The position numbers and the translations under genes were made by a program. Positions 48,682 to 60,396 of a stretch of DNA of 61,350 nucleotides are shown here, in pieces (the stretch's first letter is position 1; every line of letters begins with the position of its first letter). The stretch spans positions 1 through 61,350 of the forward strand of contig JBBRDV010000003.1 in NCBI GenBank assembly GCA_038203565.1, read 5' to 3'. The notes under the pieces are model-generated. The model saw only the letters and a program-made list of their open reading frames with translations. It had not been told where the DNA came from and did no database searches. Source of the stretch: Atribacterota bacterium (lineage in GTDB: Bacteria > Atribacterota > Phoenicimicrobiia > Phoenicimicrobiales > Phoenicimicrobiaceae).

Positions 48682-50379
48682 CTAAAAAATAGTTTTTATA
48701 TCTTTTATATTTAATTGAACATTTTCCGTTCCATTCCACTTATTGAGTTCGATATTAAAAGCTAAATCTACTACTTTGTTTTTGGAAAATATTTGGTTTC
48801 CTATTCTGCTTAATTTAAACCCTATTCCTTCTAACGTTCTGTTCCCTTCCTTAATTTTTATTTTTAGGTGCTCCCTCTTTTCACCAACCATCCTCCAATC
48901 AGATATTATGTTTTTGTAACTACAAAAGACGGGCTGAGGGTTCCCAGTCCCAAATGGTTCTAAAGTATTAATATCTTTTACCAATCCAAAATTAATATTG
49001 CTTAGTGAAATTTGAGCGTCTATTTTTAATTCTGGATTTAGATCATCTTCTTTAATGAAATCTTGAGATATTTCATTTATCCTTGATTTAAACTCAGGAA
49101 TTTTATTAGAATCTATAGTAATACCTGCGGCTAACTCATGCCCACCAAAATTTATTAAAATATCCTGGCACGATTCTAAAACGTTATATAAATGAAAACC
49201 TTTAATACTCCTTCCTGAACCTTTTGCTATGCCATCTTTTTTGGAAATAATAATTGCGGGACGATTAAATTCATCTACTAATCTGGAGGCTATTATGCCG
49301 ATTACCCCTTGATTCCAATTTTCTGATGCAAGAACCAATACTTTATTATCTTCTTCTTTTACTTGTATAGAAGCAAATTCCCTGGCTTCTCTTAAAATAT
49401 TATCTCCAATTTCCTGTCTATGTTTGTTTATTTCACTTAATTTTCGGGATAAATGTATAGCCTTATACTCAGAATCAGTTAGCAACAATTCTAAGGCTAA
49501 TTTAGAATCATCTAACCTCCCTGCTGCATTTATTCGGGGAGCAAGGGCAAAATTAACTTCTTTAGTACCTAAATTACCATAATTTACTCCACTCTCCATT
49601 ATTAACGCCTTCAAACCCTCTTTCTTGGTTTGATTAAGTGTCTTTAATCCGTATTTTATTAAAATACGATTTTCATCGATAAAAGGAACGGAATCAGCAA
49701 TCGACCCCAATGCAACGTAATCAAGCAGGTTTTGTAAATCATCCTGGTTTTTTCCCAATTTTAAATATAAAGCTTGAGCCACTTTAAAACTTACTCCTAC
49801 CCCTGCTAATTCCTTAAAAGGATAATTTGTATCGCATTTGGGGTTTATTATTGCTATTGCAGAAGGAATGTCTTTTTGGGGTTGGTGATGATCGGTAACT
49901 ATCACATCTATACCATAATTATTTGCTCTCTCTACTTCAGAAATAGAACTAATTCCACAATCAACGGTAATAATTAATTTAATATTATTTTTAAAAGCAA
50001 TATCTATGGCCTCTTCATTTAGTCCATATCCCTCTTGAAAGCGATTAGGTATATAGTAGTACAAATTGTTGGTAAATTCTCTCAATATTGAAAACAATAA
50101 GGCAACGCTGGTGATTCCATCGACATCGTAATCTCCGTAGATCAATATTCTTTCATTGTTATTTATAGCTCTTAATATTTTGTCAACAGCTTTCTCCATA
50201 TCTTGAAAGATATAAGGATCCCTCAAATCTTTAAGATCTGCCTTTAAGAATCTTCTCGCACTAATAACTTCCTTTGTTCCTCTGTTTATTAGTAATTGAG
50301 CTAAAATTGGAGAGATATTTAATTCTTTGGACAACTCTGATTGCAATTTTTTATCTTCTTTTGATATACACCACTCTAT
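48682..50379 (-). CDS. recJ: ssDNA exonuclease RecJ; start probably a non-canonical ATA upstream of the track's TTG 50346
   Basis: GDYDVDG, PNRFQEGYG, TVDCG, TDHH, APRINAAGR, GSGRS and GGHELAAG motifs. Confidence 0.92.
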   Translation of the reverse strand: MEWCISKEDKKLQSELSKELNISPILAQLLINRGTKEVISARRFLKADLKDLRDPYIFQDMEKAVDKILRAINNNERILIYGDYDVDGITSVALLFSILREFTNNLYYYIPNRFQEGYGLNEEAIDIAFKNNIKLIITVDCGISSISEVERANNYGIDVIVTDHHQPQKDIPSAIAIINPKCDTNYPFKELAGVGVSFKVAQALYLKLGKNQDDLQNLLDYVALGSIADSVPFIDENRILIKYGLKTLNQTKKEGLKALIMESGVNYGNLGTKEVNFALAPRINAAGRLDDSKLALELLLTDSEYKAIHLSRKLSEINKHRQEIGDNILREAREFASIQVKEEDNKVLVLASENWNQGVIGIIASRLVDEFNRPAIIISKKDGIAKGSGRSIKGFHLYNVLESCQDILINFGGHELAAGITIDSNKIPEFKSRINEISQDFIKEDDLNPELKIDAQISLSNINFGLVKDINTLEPFGTGNPQPVFCSYKNIISDWRMVGEKREHLKIKIKEGNRTLEGIGFKLSRIGNQIFSKNKVVDLAFNIELNKWNGTENVQLNIKDIKTIF

Positions 50380-50439
50380 TTTATTTATGCTCCTTTCTCG
50401 TATATCGTATATCGTATCTTTTATCTTATAAGAAAAAAA

Positions 50440-51354
50440 TTACTTTTTACCCTTTTCCCTGGAAATTTTAGTGCCTTTTTGGTGTATCTTAAATATTTTA
50501 TTCCACTCTAATAATAATGGGCTGGCAATAAAAATTGAAGAATAAGTCCCGGCAACCATTCCTATAAACAAGGCTAAAGCAAAATCAGAAAGGATATTCC
50601 CTCCGAAAAAATATAAGGTTAAAATGGGAATAATAGTAGTTAAGCTTGTGTTTATCGTTCTGGACAGAGACTGATTAATACTCATATTTATTAAATTTTC
50701 AAACGGTTCCCTGGTTTTAAACTTCATATTTTCCCTAAGTCTATCTAAAATTACAATGGTATTATTTATAGAGTACCCTACAATAGTCATTACTGCTGCT
50801 ATTATTGAAATAGTTATTTCCTTCTGCAATAAAGAAAAGATGCCCAAAACAATTAAGCAGTCATGGCAAAGCGCTAAAATTGAAACAATAGAAAACTTAA
50901 ACTCAAATCTAACAGTAATATATAGAATGATTCCTATAAAAGCAAAAAGTAAAGCATAAAAAGCTGACTTTTTTAAATTTTCTCCAATAACCGGTCCTAC
51001 TGTTTCTACACGCAATACCTCCAAATCAGTTAGTTTCTCTTTAAAAGCGGTAAATATTTCCACTCTTTGCTCTGAATCAATTTTCCCTATCCGTATTATA
51101 AATTCATTCTCTGATAATTTTTGAATAGTACTTTGACTTAAATTAAATTCTCCTAACACATTTCTAACCTCTGCGGTGGAAACTGGTTTATTAAATCTTA
51201 TTTGGAGTAAAGTCCCCCCGGCAAAATCGATTCCAAGATTAAATCCCTGAAAAATAATTGAAATCAAGCCAACCAGAATAATAATTACAGGGATAATATA
51301 TGCTATTTTTCTATTTTTAATAAAATCGAACCTCTTTTTTCCAATTAGATCCAT
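50440..51354 (-). CDS. secF: Protein translocase subunit SecF
   Basis: GIDFAGG, VGPVIG, GYSINNTIVILDRLRE and GTYSSIFIA motifs. Confidence 0.95.
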   Translation of the reverse strand: MDLIGKKRFDFIKNRKIAYIIPVIIILVGLISIIFQGFNLGIDFAGGTLLQIRFNKPVSTAEVRNVLGEFNLSQSTIQKLSENEFIIRIGKIDSEQRVEIFTAFKEKLTDLEVLRVETVGPVIGENLKKSAFYALLFAFIGIILYITVRFEFKFSIVSILALCHDCLIVLGIFSLLQKEITISIIAAVMTIVGYSINNTIVILDRLRENMKFKTREPFENLINMSINQSLSRTINTSLTTIIPILTLYFFGGNILSDFALALFIGMVAGTYSSIFIASPLLLEWNKIFKIHQKGTKISREKGKK

Positions 51355-51378
51355 TATACATATCCTCCTTAATTAGGT

Positions 51379-52575
51379 CTATAATAAAGCTTTAGAACTA
51401 AACTTAACAGCTACTACTTCTAACACAATCTTGGTTACTAGAATTGCGGTAAACATACTGGCTAAAACACCTATGCTCAAAGTAACCGCAAACCCTTTGA
51501 TTGGACCCGAGCCAAAATAAAATAAGGCAAGAGCTGCAATTAAAGTAGTAACATTGGCATCAAATATAGTACGGAAAGCCTTGTTGAAACCTGCATCAAT
51601 AGAAGCTCGAAAAGTTTTTTCCAATCTTAATTCTTCTTTTATCCTCTCAAAGATCAGGATATTAGCATCTACTGCCATACCAATCGTAAGAATTATTCCA
51701 GCTATTCCGGGTAAAGTTAAAGTCGCCTTTAAACCGGCCAAAGCTCCCACAATTAGTATCATACATACTACCAAAGCAAAATCTGCTACTAACCCAAAAC
51801 CCTTATAATAAATCAGCATAAATATTAATATCAATATTAATCCTACTATCCCGGCTTTTATCCCCTTGGAGATGGAGTCTTTTCCTAAGGTTGGCCCAAC
51901 TGACCTATTTTCCAAAATCTCCACTTTTACCGGAAGAGCACCAGCCCGCAAAAGTATGGCTAAATGATTTGCACTCTCTACAGTAAATTTCCCGGTAATC
52001 TGGGCTTTTCCGTCGAGAATAGGTTCCTGGACTACCGGAGCAGATATTTCTTTCCCATCCAAAGTAATGGCTAAAACTTTCCCCACATTATTTTTAGTTG
52101 CTTCTCCAAATTCTTTAGCGCCAATTTTATCAAATTCAATGGAAACAACAGATCGACTGAATTGGTCAAAGGATGATTTAGCATCTATTAAATGGGCTCC
52201 GGTTAGCTGGGTTTCTCCTTTCTCATTTTTAAATTCCAGGAGAGCAGTTTTACCAATTAAATCTACGGCTGCTTCCGGATCTACTACACCAGGTAACTGA
52301 ACTAAGATTCGAGTTGCGCCTTGTCTCTGAATTACCGGTTCTGAAACCCCTAATTGGTCAATGCGGTTTCTTATTATTTCTAAGACTCTGTTCACCGCAT
52401 CGTTGTCCACTAGTGCATTAGGAGTATCAACACACTCTAAGATAACGTGAGAACCTCCTTGTAAATCCAGACCTAAATTTATCTTCTCGTTTAGAGGAAA
52501 TGATAAAAAAATTGCAATAAATATTACTACAAAAACGCTGGTTACCCTTAAGGTTTTAGTCCAATTTATATTCAT
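51379..52575 (-). CDS. secD: Protein translocase subunit SecD
   Basis: LGLDLQGG, RIDQLGVSEP, VGPTLG and GMAVDANILIFERI motifs. Confidence 0.96.
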   Translation of the reverse strand: MNINWTKTLRVTSVFVVIFIAIFLSFPLNEKINLGLDLQGGSHVILECVDTPNALVDNDAVNRVLEIIRNRIDQLGVSEPVIQRQGATRILVQLPGVVDPEAAVDLIGKTALLEFKNEKGETQLTGAHLIDAKSSFDQFSRSVVSIEFDKIGAKEFGEATKNNVGKVLAITLDGKEISAPVVQEPILDGKAQITGKFTVESANHLAILLRAGALPVKVEILENRSVGPTLGKDSISKGIKAGIVGLILILIFMLIYYKGFGLVADFALVVCMILIVGALAGLKATLTLPGIAGIILTIGMAVDANILIFERIKEELRLEKTFRASIDAGFNKAFRTIFDANVTTLIAALALFYFGSGPIKGFAVTLSIGVLASMFTAILVTKIVLEVVAVKFSSKALL

Positions 52576-52654
52576 ATAAAAATCCTCTCTTTCTAACTTT
52601 TCTTACCTTTTATCTTTTTTATTATATATTACTATAAAATTCTTTAACTTTATC

Positions 52655-52684
52655 ATTATAATATTATAGTATTTTCTTTGTCAA
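52655..52684 (-). promoter_or_regulatory. secDF promoter
   Basis: TTGACA, 18 nt spacer, TATAAT. Confidence 0.65.
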
Positions 52685-52725
52685 CGAGAATGCTTAATAA
52701 AATACTTCTTCAGCTAATATACTAA

Positions 52726-52765
52726 AATTTAAAGGCAGGTATAAATAAATACCTGCCTTTAAATT
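52726..52765 (-). terminator. Terminator hairpin after yajC
   Basis: Perfect 17-bp inverted repeat AATTTAAAGGCAGGTAT / ATACCTGCCTTTAAATT. Confidence 0.75.
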
Positions 52766-52821
52766 ATTATCGCTATTTTTATCTCTATATTTTCTTTCCT
52801 TTTTAAAAAATACTTGCGGTA

Positions 52822-53082
52822 TTATTTTTCCCTTTTTACCCCGATAGCATTGCGCGTAGTATTTATAACTACATCTTTGGCAACCTCTAAGGTTAAAGTT
52901 TCGCCTTTGATTTCTCTGATTATACCATATATACCCCCAATGGTAATCACTTTGTCCCCCTTTTGTATACTATCCAGCATTAATTTATGTTTTTTTTGTT
53001 TTTGTTGTTGAGGACGAATAAGGATAAAATAAAATATACCAAATATAATAATCAAAGGTAAAAATTGTTGAAGAGCTTCCAT
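52822..53082 (-). CDS. yajC: Preprotein translocase subunit YajC
   Basis: FYFILIRPQQ and GDKVITIGGIYG motifs. Confidence 0.95.
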   Translation of the reverse strand: MEALQQFLPLIIIFGIFYFILIRPQQQKQKKHKLMLDSIQKGDKVITIGGIYGIIREIKGETLTLEVAKDVVINTTRNAIGVKREK

Positions 53083-53218
53083 TTTTATAATCACGCCTTT
53101 CTTTTTAATTTTAAAAAATATCTTCTAAATTATACATAATTTTATTTTATTTAGCAAGTGTAATTTTTTGTATCTTCTAAATTTTAGATACTTGCTTATG
53201 ACTTCTTTCGTTAAATAT

Positions 53219-54346
<1,128 letters not shown>

Positions 54347-54436
54347 CTATATGCTATACGCTCTACGCTATAATACAAGATATAATTCACGAAATTCGAG
54401 ATACGAATTAGACTCAGGTATTCTAAATTTTCTGAA

Positions 54437-55465
54437 CTATATAATAATCATCGCGTCTCCAAAACTGTAAAATCTATATCTTTCCCTTATTGCTTCTTGG
54501 TAGGCCTTAAAAAGAAAATTCTTTCCGGCAAAAGCTGCAGCAAGCATTAAAGGGGTCGATTGGGGGAGATGAAAATTAGTAATTAACACATCTACTACCT
54601 TGAATTTATACCCGGGATAGATAAATATATCACTCCAATAGCTTCCACTTACAATTCTATCTTGATTAAAATCAAAAGCAGATTCCAGGGACCGAGTTGT
54701 GGTAGTTCCTACCGAAATAACCCGCCTTTTTTCACTCCGAGCTTGATCTATTTTTTGGGCAACGCCAGAAGAAATAGAATAAAACTCTGAATCCATTTTA
54801 TGTTCTTCTACTTTTGAAGTTCTTATAGGTTCAAAAGTTCCTCGACCCACGTGTAAAGTTAAATAAACTATTTCGATTCCTTTGTGGGTAAGCTCCTCTA
54901 ATAAAGATTTGGTAAAATGAAGCCCAGCAGTAGGAGCAGCAATTGAGCCATCTTGAGCAGCATAAACTGTTTGATAGTCGTTTCCTGTCTTTAATTCCTC
55001 TTTAATGTAAGGAGGAGTAGGCATTTGTCCTATTTTATTTAATATTTCTTTAAAATTGCCCTTAAAATTAAATTGTATAAAATAACTACCCTTTTCTTCG
55101 TTTTTACCTTCTACTATCCCCTCTAATTCGGGTCCAAAAATTATTTTAGTATCCGTATGAACAATCTTTCCTGGCCTTACTAATACTTCCCAATATCTAT
55201 CCTTTTTAGATTCAAGAAGTAATATTTCTACTTTTCCTTTGGTTTTTTCTTTAAAACCATATAACCTTGCTGGTAAAACCTTAGTATTATTTAAAACTAA
55301 AAGGTCACCTTTTTTAAGATAATCTTTAATGTCTTTAAAAATTTTGTGTTGAATTTCATCCCTGGACCGATTCAGAACCATCAAACGGCTACGATCTCTT
55401 GGCTTAATCGTCTTTTGGGCAATAAAGCCCGAAGGAAGATAATAATCAAATTCTTCTAATTCCAT
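54437..55465 (-). CDS. queA: SAM:tRNA ribosyltransferase-isomerase
   Basis: NNTKVLPARL, YQTVYA, AAPTAGLHF, TNFHLP and YRFYSFGDAM motifs. Confidence 0.97.
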   Translation of the reverse strand: MELEEFDYYLPSGFIAQKTIKPRDRSRLMVLNRSRDEIQHKIFKDIKDYLKKGDLLVLNNTKVLPARLYGFKEKTKGKVEILLLESKKDRYWEVLVRPGKIVHTDTKIIFGPELEGIVEGKNEEKGSYFIQFNFKGNFKEILNKIGQMPTPPYIKEELKTGNDYQTVYAAQDGSIAAPTAGLHFTKSLLEELTHKGIEIVYLTLHVGRGTFEPIRTSKVEEHKMDSEFYSISSGVAQKIDQARSEKRRVISVGTTTTRSLESAFDFNQDRIVSGSYWSDIFIYPGYKFKVVDVLITNFHLPQSTPLMLAAAFAGKNFLFKAYQEAIRERYRFYSFGDAMIII

Positions 55466-55486
55466 TTTCCACTCATCTGTTAATTT

Positions 55487-56884
55487 TTAATATTTTTTGA
55501 TAATCTCTATTCCCTGATAATAATATTTTAGAATATCTTGATATCTGGATCCTTGAAGTGTCATACCATATGCACCCCATTGGGACATTCCAACCCCATG
55601 CCCATTTCCTGAACCAGAAAATATAAAGGTTAAAGGAGTGTTTGATTTCACAATTTCTACTTTAAGTACTTTCTCTTTTTTTTTCTCTTCCCTTTCTTCT
55701 TTATTTTTCTTCATTAATTCGAGCAATTCCTTAATGCTCCAATTTTTCCTTTGTTCTAAAATTTCCTTTATTGGCTCTTTTTGCTCTTCTTTGTCCTCGA
55801 TTTCCTTTTTATCTTCGGTATCTTCCGTAATATTCGATTCTTTCCCGATTACTTCGATATTAAAAAAGGTACTCCTGATTAAATCTACCCCTATTAAACT
55901 TCTAAAATCATTAGTTTTCATATTAATAACTTTATTATTGTCAGCAGTAAAAACTAACTCGCCTGTCCTGCCGGTTTCACTCTTTCTAACTGGTTTAATA
56001 GAAACAATTGAATTTATTTTATGACCTTGTTTTTGTAGTTTTTCTGTTAAATCCTTTTCGTTTATAGAGTAAGACCAGGTGTGATACGGAGGAGAAACTT
56101 TTTCTTCAAATTTTGATTTTACACTTCTTAAATAAGGCAAAAAACTCCCCCAAACATTCTCACTATCCTCGGTATATCCTCCACTATCGGAATGATAAAC
56201 TGCGTTGATGGGATCGCCTTTATAGACCATAATTATTCCTCGAGTCTCATCGACAGCTTTATTAGTCAAGGGGTCTTCGTGGTTCACCCCTCCGTAAGCT
56301 TGACTGTTGGTAGAAGCACAAATATTATAACCTTTAGCAATATATTTATTCATATTAAAGATAGCGAAAGTTCTTGCTGCAACTGCTTGAGCTTTTAAAG
56401 CTTCTGACGGCCAACCAGGGGAAATTTCTTTTTTTAAAACCCCGTAAAGATATTCCTCAATGCCGATGATATTGATGACATTCAATTTTCTATGTTCTTT
56501 ATCAATATCTATCTCTATGTTTCCTCGATAGCGATATTTTTGTCCATTAAATATAACTATAATTTTAGTGTTTCCCACCGGAATTATTTCTATGGGACCA
56601 GAATAAACACCTTTTCCCAAAATCTCTATTCCTTTGTTATGCGGTAATAATTTAACTACCCTATTGCCTTCTTCACTTATAAGAACATTTGATTTTAAAT
56701 TATAAATCTTAAAAGTGCCATCTCCACTTATACTGGTCTCAGTTTGATCTAAGAATATACCCACTCGAAGCATTGGCTGTTTTACTGCTGCTAAGACAAT
56801 ATTAGTAAATATAAGCAGTGAAAAAACACATATTCCTAAAAATAAAAAAATTTTATTAACTTTTCCTATATTTAACTTTATCAA
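55487..56884 (-). CDS. SpoIID/LytB-domain lytic transglycosylase family protein
   Basis: YRGNI, EEYLYGVLKKEI, ALKAQAVAART, SQAYGG and GHGVGMSQWGA motifs. Confidence 0.9.
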   Translation of the reverse strand: MIKLNIGKVNKIFLFLGICVFSLLIFTNIVLAAVKQPMLRVGIFLDQTETSISGDGTFKIYNLKSNVLISEEGNRVVKLLPHNKGIEILGKGVYSGPIEIIPVGNTKIIVIFNGQKYRYRGNIEIDIDKEHRKLNVINIIGIEEYLYGVLKKEISPGWPSEALKAQAVAARTFAIFNMNKYIAKGYNICASTNSQAYGGVNHEDPLTNKAVDETRGIIMVYKGDPINAVYHSDSGGYTEDSENVWGSFLPYLRSVKSKFEEKVSPPYHTWSYSINEKDLTEKLQKQGHKINSIVSIKPVRKSETGRTGELVFTADNNKVINMKTNDFRSLIGVDLIRSTFFNIEVIGKESNITEDTEDKKEIEDKEEQKEPIKEILEQRKNWSIKELLELMKKNKEEREEKKKEKVLKVEIVKSNTPLTFIFSGSGNGHGVGMSQWGAYGMTLQGSRYQDILKYYYQGIEIIKKY

Positions 56885-56967
56885 TCAACCTATCTCCTTT
56901 TTTAAATTCTTCGCTCATATTTCTTACCTCGATTCGCTAAGCGTTATATACTATATACTAACTTTTT

Positions 56968-57987
56968 CTATAACAATTTACCCTGAACATCCCTTTTTTT
57001 GCCAAAATATTTATAAGTTAAATCTGTTGCTACTCTTCCCTTGGGAGTTCGATGAAGAAAACCCTTTTGCAAAAGATACGGTTCATAAAAGTCACAAATA
57101 GTGTCCGTATCTTCGCTGATGGAGGCAGCTAATGTTTGCAAACCCACTGGACCGCCAGAAAATTTTTCTACTATAGTAAGTAATAATTTTCTATCTATAT
57201 TGCACAAACCAAAATCATCAATCTCCATCATTTCTAAACCATAATCAGCGATTTCTTCGTTAATAACTCCTTCACCTTTTATTTGAGCATAATCACGAAG
57301 TCTTCTTAAAAGTGTATTGGCAATACGAGGTGTACCTCTTGACCTTAGAGAAATCTTTTTTGCTGCTTCTTCGGTTATTTTAACTTTTAATATTTTAGAA
57401 GATCTTATTACTATCTGTTCAAGCTCATTTTCCTGATAATAACCAACTCGAGTTATAACTCCGAATCGGCTTCTTAGGGGTGAAGTAATTAGCCCTGTAC
57501 GAGTTGTGGCTCCAATAAGAGTAAATTTTGGCAAACTTATACGTATAGAACGAGCACTTGGACCTTTACCGATTAGAATATCCAATTCATAATCTTCCAT
57601 AGCTGGATATAGTATTTCTTCTACTGCTCGATTTAGTCGATGAATTTCATCAATAAATAAAACATCATTTTCCTGCAAATTAGTAATTATAGCTGCTAAG
57701 TCTCCTGCTCTTTCAATAACTGGGCCGGAAGTCATCTTAATATTGACTCCCATCTCATTAGATATTATATAAGCTAAGGTAGTTTTGCCTAAACCGGGGG
57801 GACCATATAAAAGAATGTGATCAATGGCTTCTCCCCTTTTTCGGGCAGCACTTATATATATATTAAAATTTTTTTTAATATTTTCTTGTCCAATAAATTC
57901 ATTAAAAAATTTAGGCCTTAAGTTTATATCTAAATCCGGTTCTTCTTTCCTTAATCCTAAATCAATAGCTTTTTCTTTAAATTCCAT
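56968..57987 (-). CDS. ruvB: Holliday junction branch migration helicase RuvB
   Basis: [21 protein letters not shown] and RGTPRIA motifs. Confidence 0.97.
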   Translation of the reverse strand: MEFKEKAIDLGLRKEEPDLDINLRPKFFNEFIGQENIKKNFNIYISAARKRGEAIDHILLYGPPGLGKTTLAYIISNEMGVNIKMTSGPVIERAGDLAAIITNLQENDVLFIDEIHRLNRAVEEILYPAMEDYELDILIGKGPSARSIRISLPKFTLIGATTRTGLITSPLRSRFGVITRVGYYQENELEQIVIRSSKILKVKITEEAAKKISLRSRGTPRIANTLLRRLRDYAQIKGEGVINEEIADYGLEMMEIDDFGLCNIDRKLLLTIVEKFSGGPVGLQTLAASISEDTDTICDFYEPYLLQKGFLHRTPKGRVATDLTYKYFGKKRDVQGKLL

Positions 57988-58074
57988 CTATTACTCCATT
58001 ACATATTAAAACAAAACATTTTTAAAATCAGCAACTACAATTGTAAAAAAATGTTAGTAAGCTAAAATTAATAA

Positions 58075-58665
58075 TTACCGCATAACCTTCAGAGATTCTC
58101 GAACTAACTCTTCCACTGTTAATTCCCCTTTAAATATTTCTTGAGTTTTTTCCACTGCAGACTTTGCATTTTTATAAGTATATCCTAACGATTTAAGAGC
58201 ATCTATAGCATCATTTATATTTTCAGATTTAAAGGTTTTCTCTATACCTACTTCCAGGAAAGTGATTTTGCTTATTTTTTCTTTTAATTCTAACACAATT
58301 TTTTTAGCTAACTTATTCCCGATCCCTGATATCGCCATAATTGAATCTAAATCTTCTTGGAGAATTGCTTTGCTAAAATCATCAGGAGTCATCTTAGATA
58401 AGATATTTAAGCCTACTTTTGGACCAACTCCCGGTGTACTAATCAGCAATTCAAAGAAATTTTCTTCTTTTTTAGTTAAAAATCCATAAAACATTATTCT
58501 GTCTTCTCTTAAATATAAATAAGTATAAATTTTAGTTTTATCACCGGCTTTCAAAGAAAGATTATTATAAGCAGGAATATTAATTTGATACCCTATACCG
58601 TTTGTATTTAATACAAGATAATTTACGCCAACTGTATCAACTCTTCCTTCTAAAAAAGATATCAA
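58075..58665 (-). CDS. ruvA: Holliday junction DNA-binding protein RuvA (start TTG 58665)
   Basis: ISFLEG, GIGY, LYGF-like MFYGF, GVGPK, GIGNKLAKKIVLELK motifs; SD GGAGG. Confidence 0.95.
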   Translation of the reverse strand: MISFLEGRVDTVGVNYLVLNTNGIGYQINIPAYNNLSLKAGDKTKIYTYLYLREDRIMFYGFLTKKEENFFELLISTPGVGPKVGLNILSKMTPDDFSKAILQEDLDSIMAISGIGNKLAKKIVLELKEKISKITFLEVGIEKTFKSENINDAIDALKSLGYTYKNAKSAVEKTQEIFKGELTVEELVRESLKVMR

Positions 58666-58852
58666 ATTTAAACCTCCAAAATGATTTTCAAGCGAAAAAC
58701 GAAAAACCGTCATTCAAAACTCAAAACTTTTTCTCTTAATTTTTAATTTTGAGTTACAGTTTTGCATTTCGCACTTTTTATTTTTCGTTTTATTACTAAA
58801 TACTATTCACTATATACTATCCTACACTCTAAACGCTATACGCTCCACGCTA

Positions 58853-59323
58853 TTAATATTTTGTATGTATATGGCAAATTGCCACTGCTAAAGCATCTGC
58901 AGCATGGTCTGGCTGAGGAATTTCAGATAAATTGAGCAGGATTTTAACCATAGATTGAACTTGATGTTTTTCCGCTCTTCCATTTCCCACAGTAGCTTGT
59001 TTAATCTGTAATGGGGTGTATTCATAAAGTTCCAGCCCCATTAAAGCAACAGTTATAGCTACCATGCCATGAACCTTACTGACTGTAAGTGCACTTCGAA
59101 CATTCTTATTAAAAAATATTTCCTCAATAACAACTTCATGAGGATTATATTTTTCTATAAGTTCTTTTATTTTATAATATATTTTTTTTATTTTAAGACT
59201 AAAAGTATCTTGCTTGTAAGCTAATACACATCCGTAATCAATTAATTCAATTTTCTTTTTCTCATACTTGATTAAACCATAACCGGTATTATTAAGTCCA
59301 GGGTCGATACCTAAAATAATCAC
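58853..59323 (-). CDS. ruvC: Crossover junction endodeoxyribonuclease RuvC
   Basis: LGIDPG, EEIFF, EYTP and DHAADALAVAICH motifs. Confidence 0.96.
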   Translation of the reverse strand: MIILGIDPGLNNTGYGLIKYEKKKIELIDYGCVLAYKQDTFSLKIKKIYYKIKELIEKYNPHEVVIEEIFFNKNVRSALTVSKVHGMVAITVALMGLELYEYTPLQIKQATVGNGRAEKHQVQSMVKILLNLSEIPQPDHAADALAVAICHIHTKY

Positions 59324-60084
59324 GGTTTATCCTTATTGGCTGATATCTCTTCCATAATTTCATCAGCAATATTAAAATTAGCATAAACTTTCTGCACATC
59401 ATCCTGGTCTTCCAACTGTTCCATTAAATTTAGCATTTGCATTGCTTTTTTACCTTCTAAATCTACAGTAGTTTTGGGAATTAAGGTAACTTCGCTAAGT
59501 AAACAATCAATATTTTGTTCCTTTATTAAATTACTAAATTTCTTATAATTTTCAGGTGGAGTCATAACTTCAATATTTTCACTATCACTTTTTACGTCTT
59601 CGGCTTCTGCTTCAAGTGCTAAACCTACAATAGTATCTTCATTAACTTTAGTAATCTCGAAGATAAAATATCCTCTTTTGTCAAACATCCAGGCAACACA
59701 ACCATTTTCACCTAAGCTGCCTGCATTTTTGGAAAAAATCTTTCTAACCTCCGGAGTTGTTCTATTCTTATTGTCAGTTAAAGCTTCTATTAAAACTGCA
59801 ACCCCTCCTGGTCCATAACCTTCGTAAATTATTTCTTCATAAGAAACTCCATCGGCTTCACCGGTTCCTCGTTTAATAGCTTTTTCAATATTTTCGTTAG
59901 GCATATTGTTATCTTTGGCCAATTGAATTGCAACTTTTAATTTTACATTAGTCTCAAGATCTCCTCCTCCTGAACGAGCAGCAACAGTTATCACTCGAAT
60001 TATTTTGGTAAATATTTTTCCTCTCTGTGCATCCGCTTTACCTTTTTTTCTTTTAATAGTACTCCACTTTGAATGTCCAGACAT
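59320..60084 (-). CDS. yebC: YebC/PmpR family protein
   Basis: MSGHSKW, YEGYGPGG, TDNKNRT and DDVQKVYANF motifs. Confidence 0.96.
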   Translation of the reverse strand: MSGHSKWSTIKRKKGKADAQRGKIFTKIIRVITVAARSGGGDLETNVKLKVAIQLAKDNNMPNENIEKAIKRGTGEADGVSYEEIIYEGYGPGGVAVLIEALTDNKNRTTPEVRKIFSKNAGSLGENGCVAWMFDKRGYFIFEITKVNEDTIVGLALEAEAEDVKSDSENIEVMTPPENYKKFSNLIKEQNIDCLLSEVTLIPKTTVDLEGKKAMQMLNLMEQLEDQDDVQKVYANFNIADEIMEEISANKDKP

Positions 60085-60143
60085 AATTTATTTCTCCTTA
60101 AATATAAAATTATTTTAACTTTAACTGTGATTAATTTTTACTA

Positions 60144-60172
60144 ATTTTAACATATTAAAAGGGCAGTTTCAA
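60144..60172 (-). promoter_or_regulatory. yebC-ruvC promoter
   Basis: TTGAAA, 17 nt spacer, TAAAAT with TG extension. Confidence 0.6.
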
Positions 60173-60266
60173 TAAATTAGTCGTTGGTCGTCGGTCGTTA
60201 CTATTTAGGTAAGAAAATACAAAATTCCAAAATACGAGAGATAAAAAACGTAAAACCATCCACCCT

Positions 60267-60289
60267 AAAAACAGGCGTCTCACCTGCCT
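60267..60289 (-). terminator. Possible terminator after nadE
   Basis: Minus strand GGCAGGUG-AGA-CGCCUGUU followed by UUU. Confidence 0.45.
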
Positions 60290-60396
60290 ATTTCGGATTT
60301 CAATTCATTGTTGGTTCTTGATGGTAAGTATTAAGTGGTAAAGACATAGGAAGAAATATTGCAATGATAAGATATAAAAATATGATATATATATTT

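Noticed and set aside
55487-56884. spoIID as evidence of sporulation
   Set aside because: SpoIID/LytB homologues occur widely in non-sporulating bacteria, and there are no other spo genes here.
60250-60330. 6S or SRP RNA between nadE and yebC
   Set aside because: Only a short hairpin and a weak ACCATC/GATGGT pairing are present, with no extended 6S rod or SRP GGAA/GCAG core. Treated as a possible terminator.
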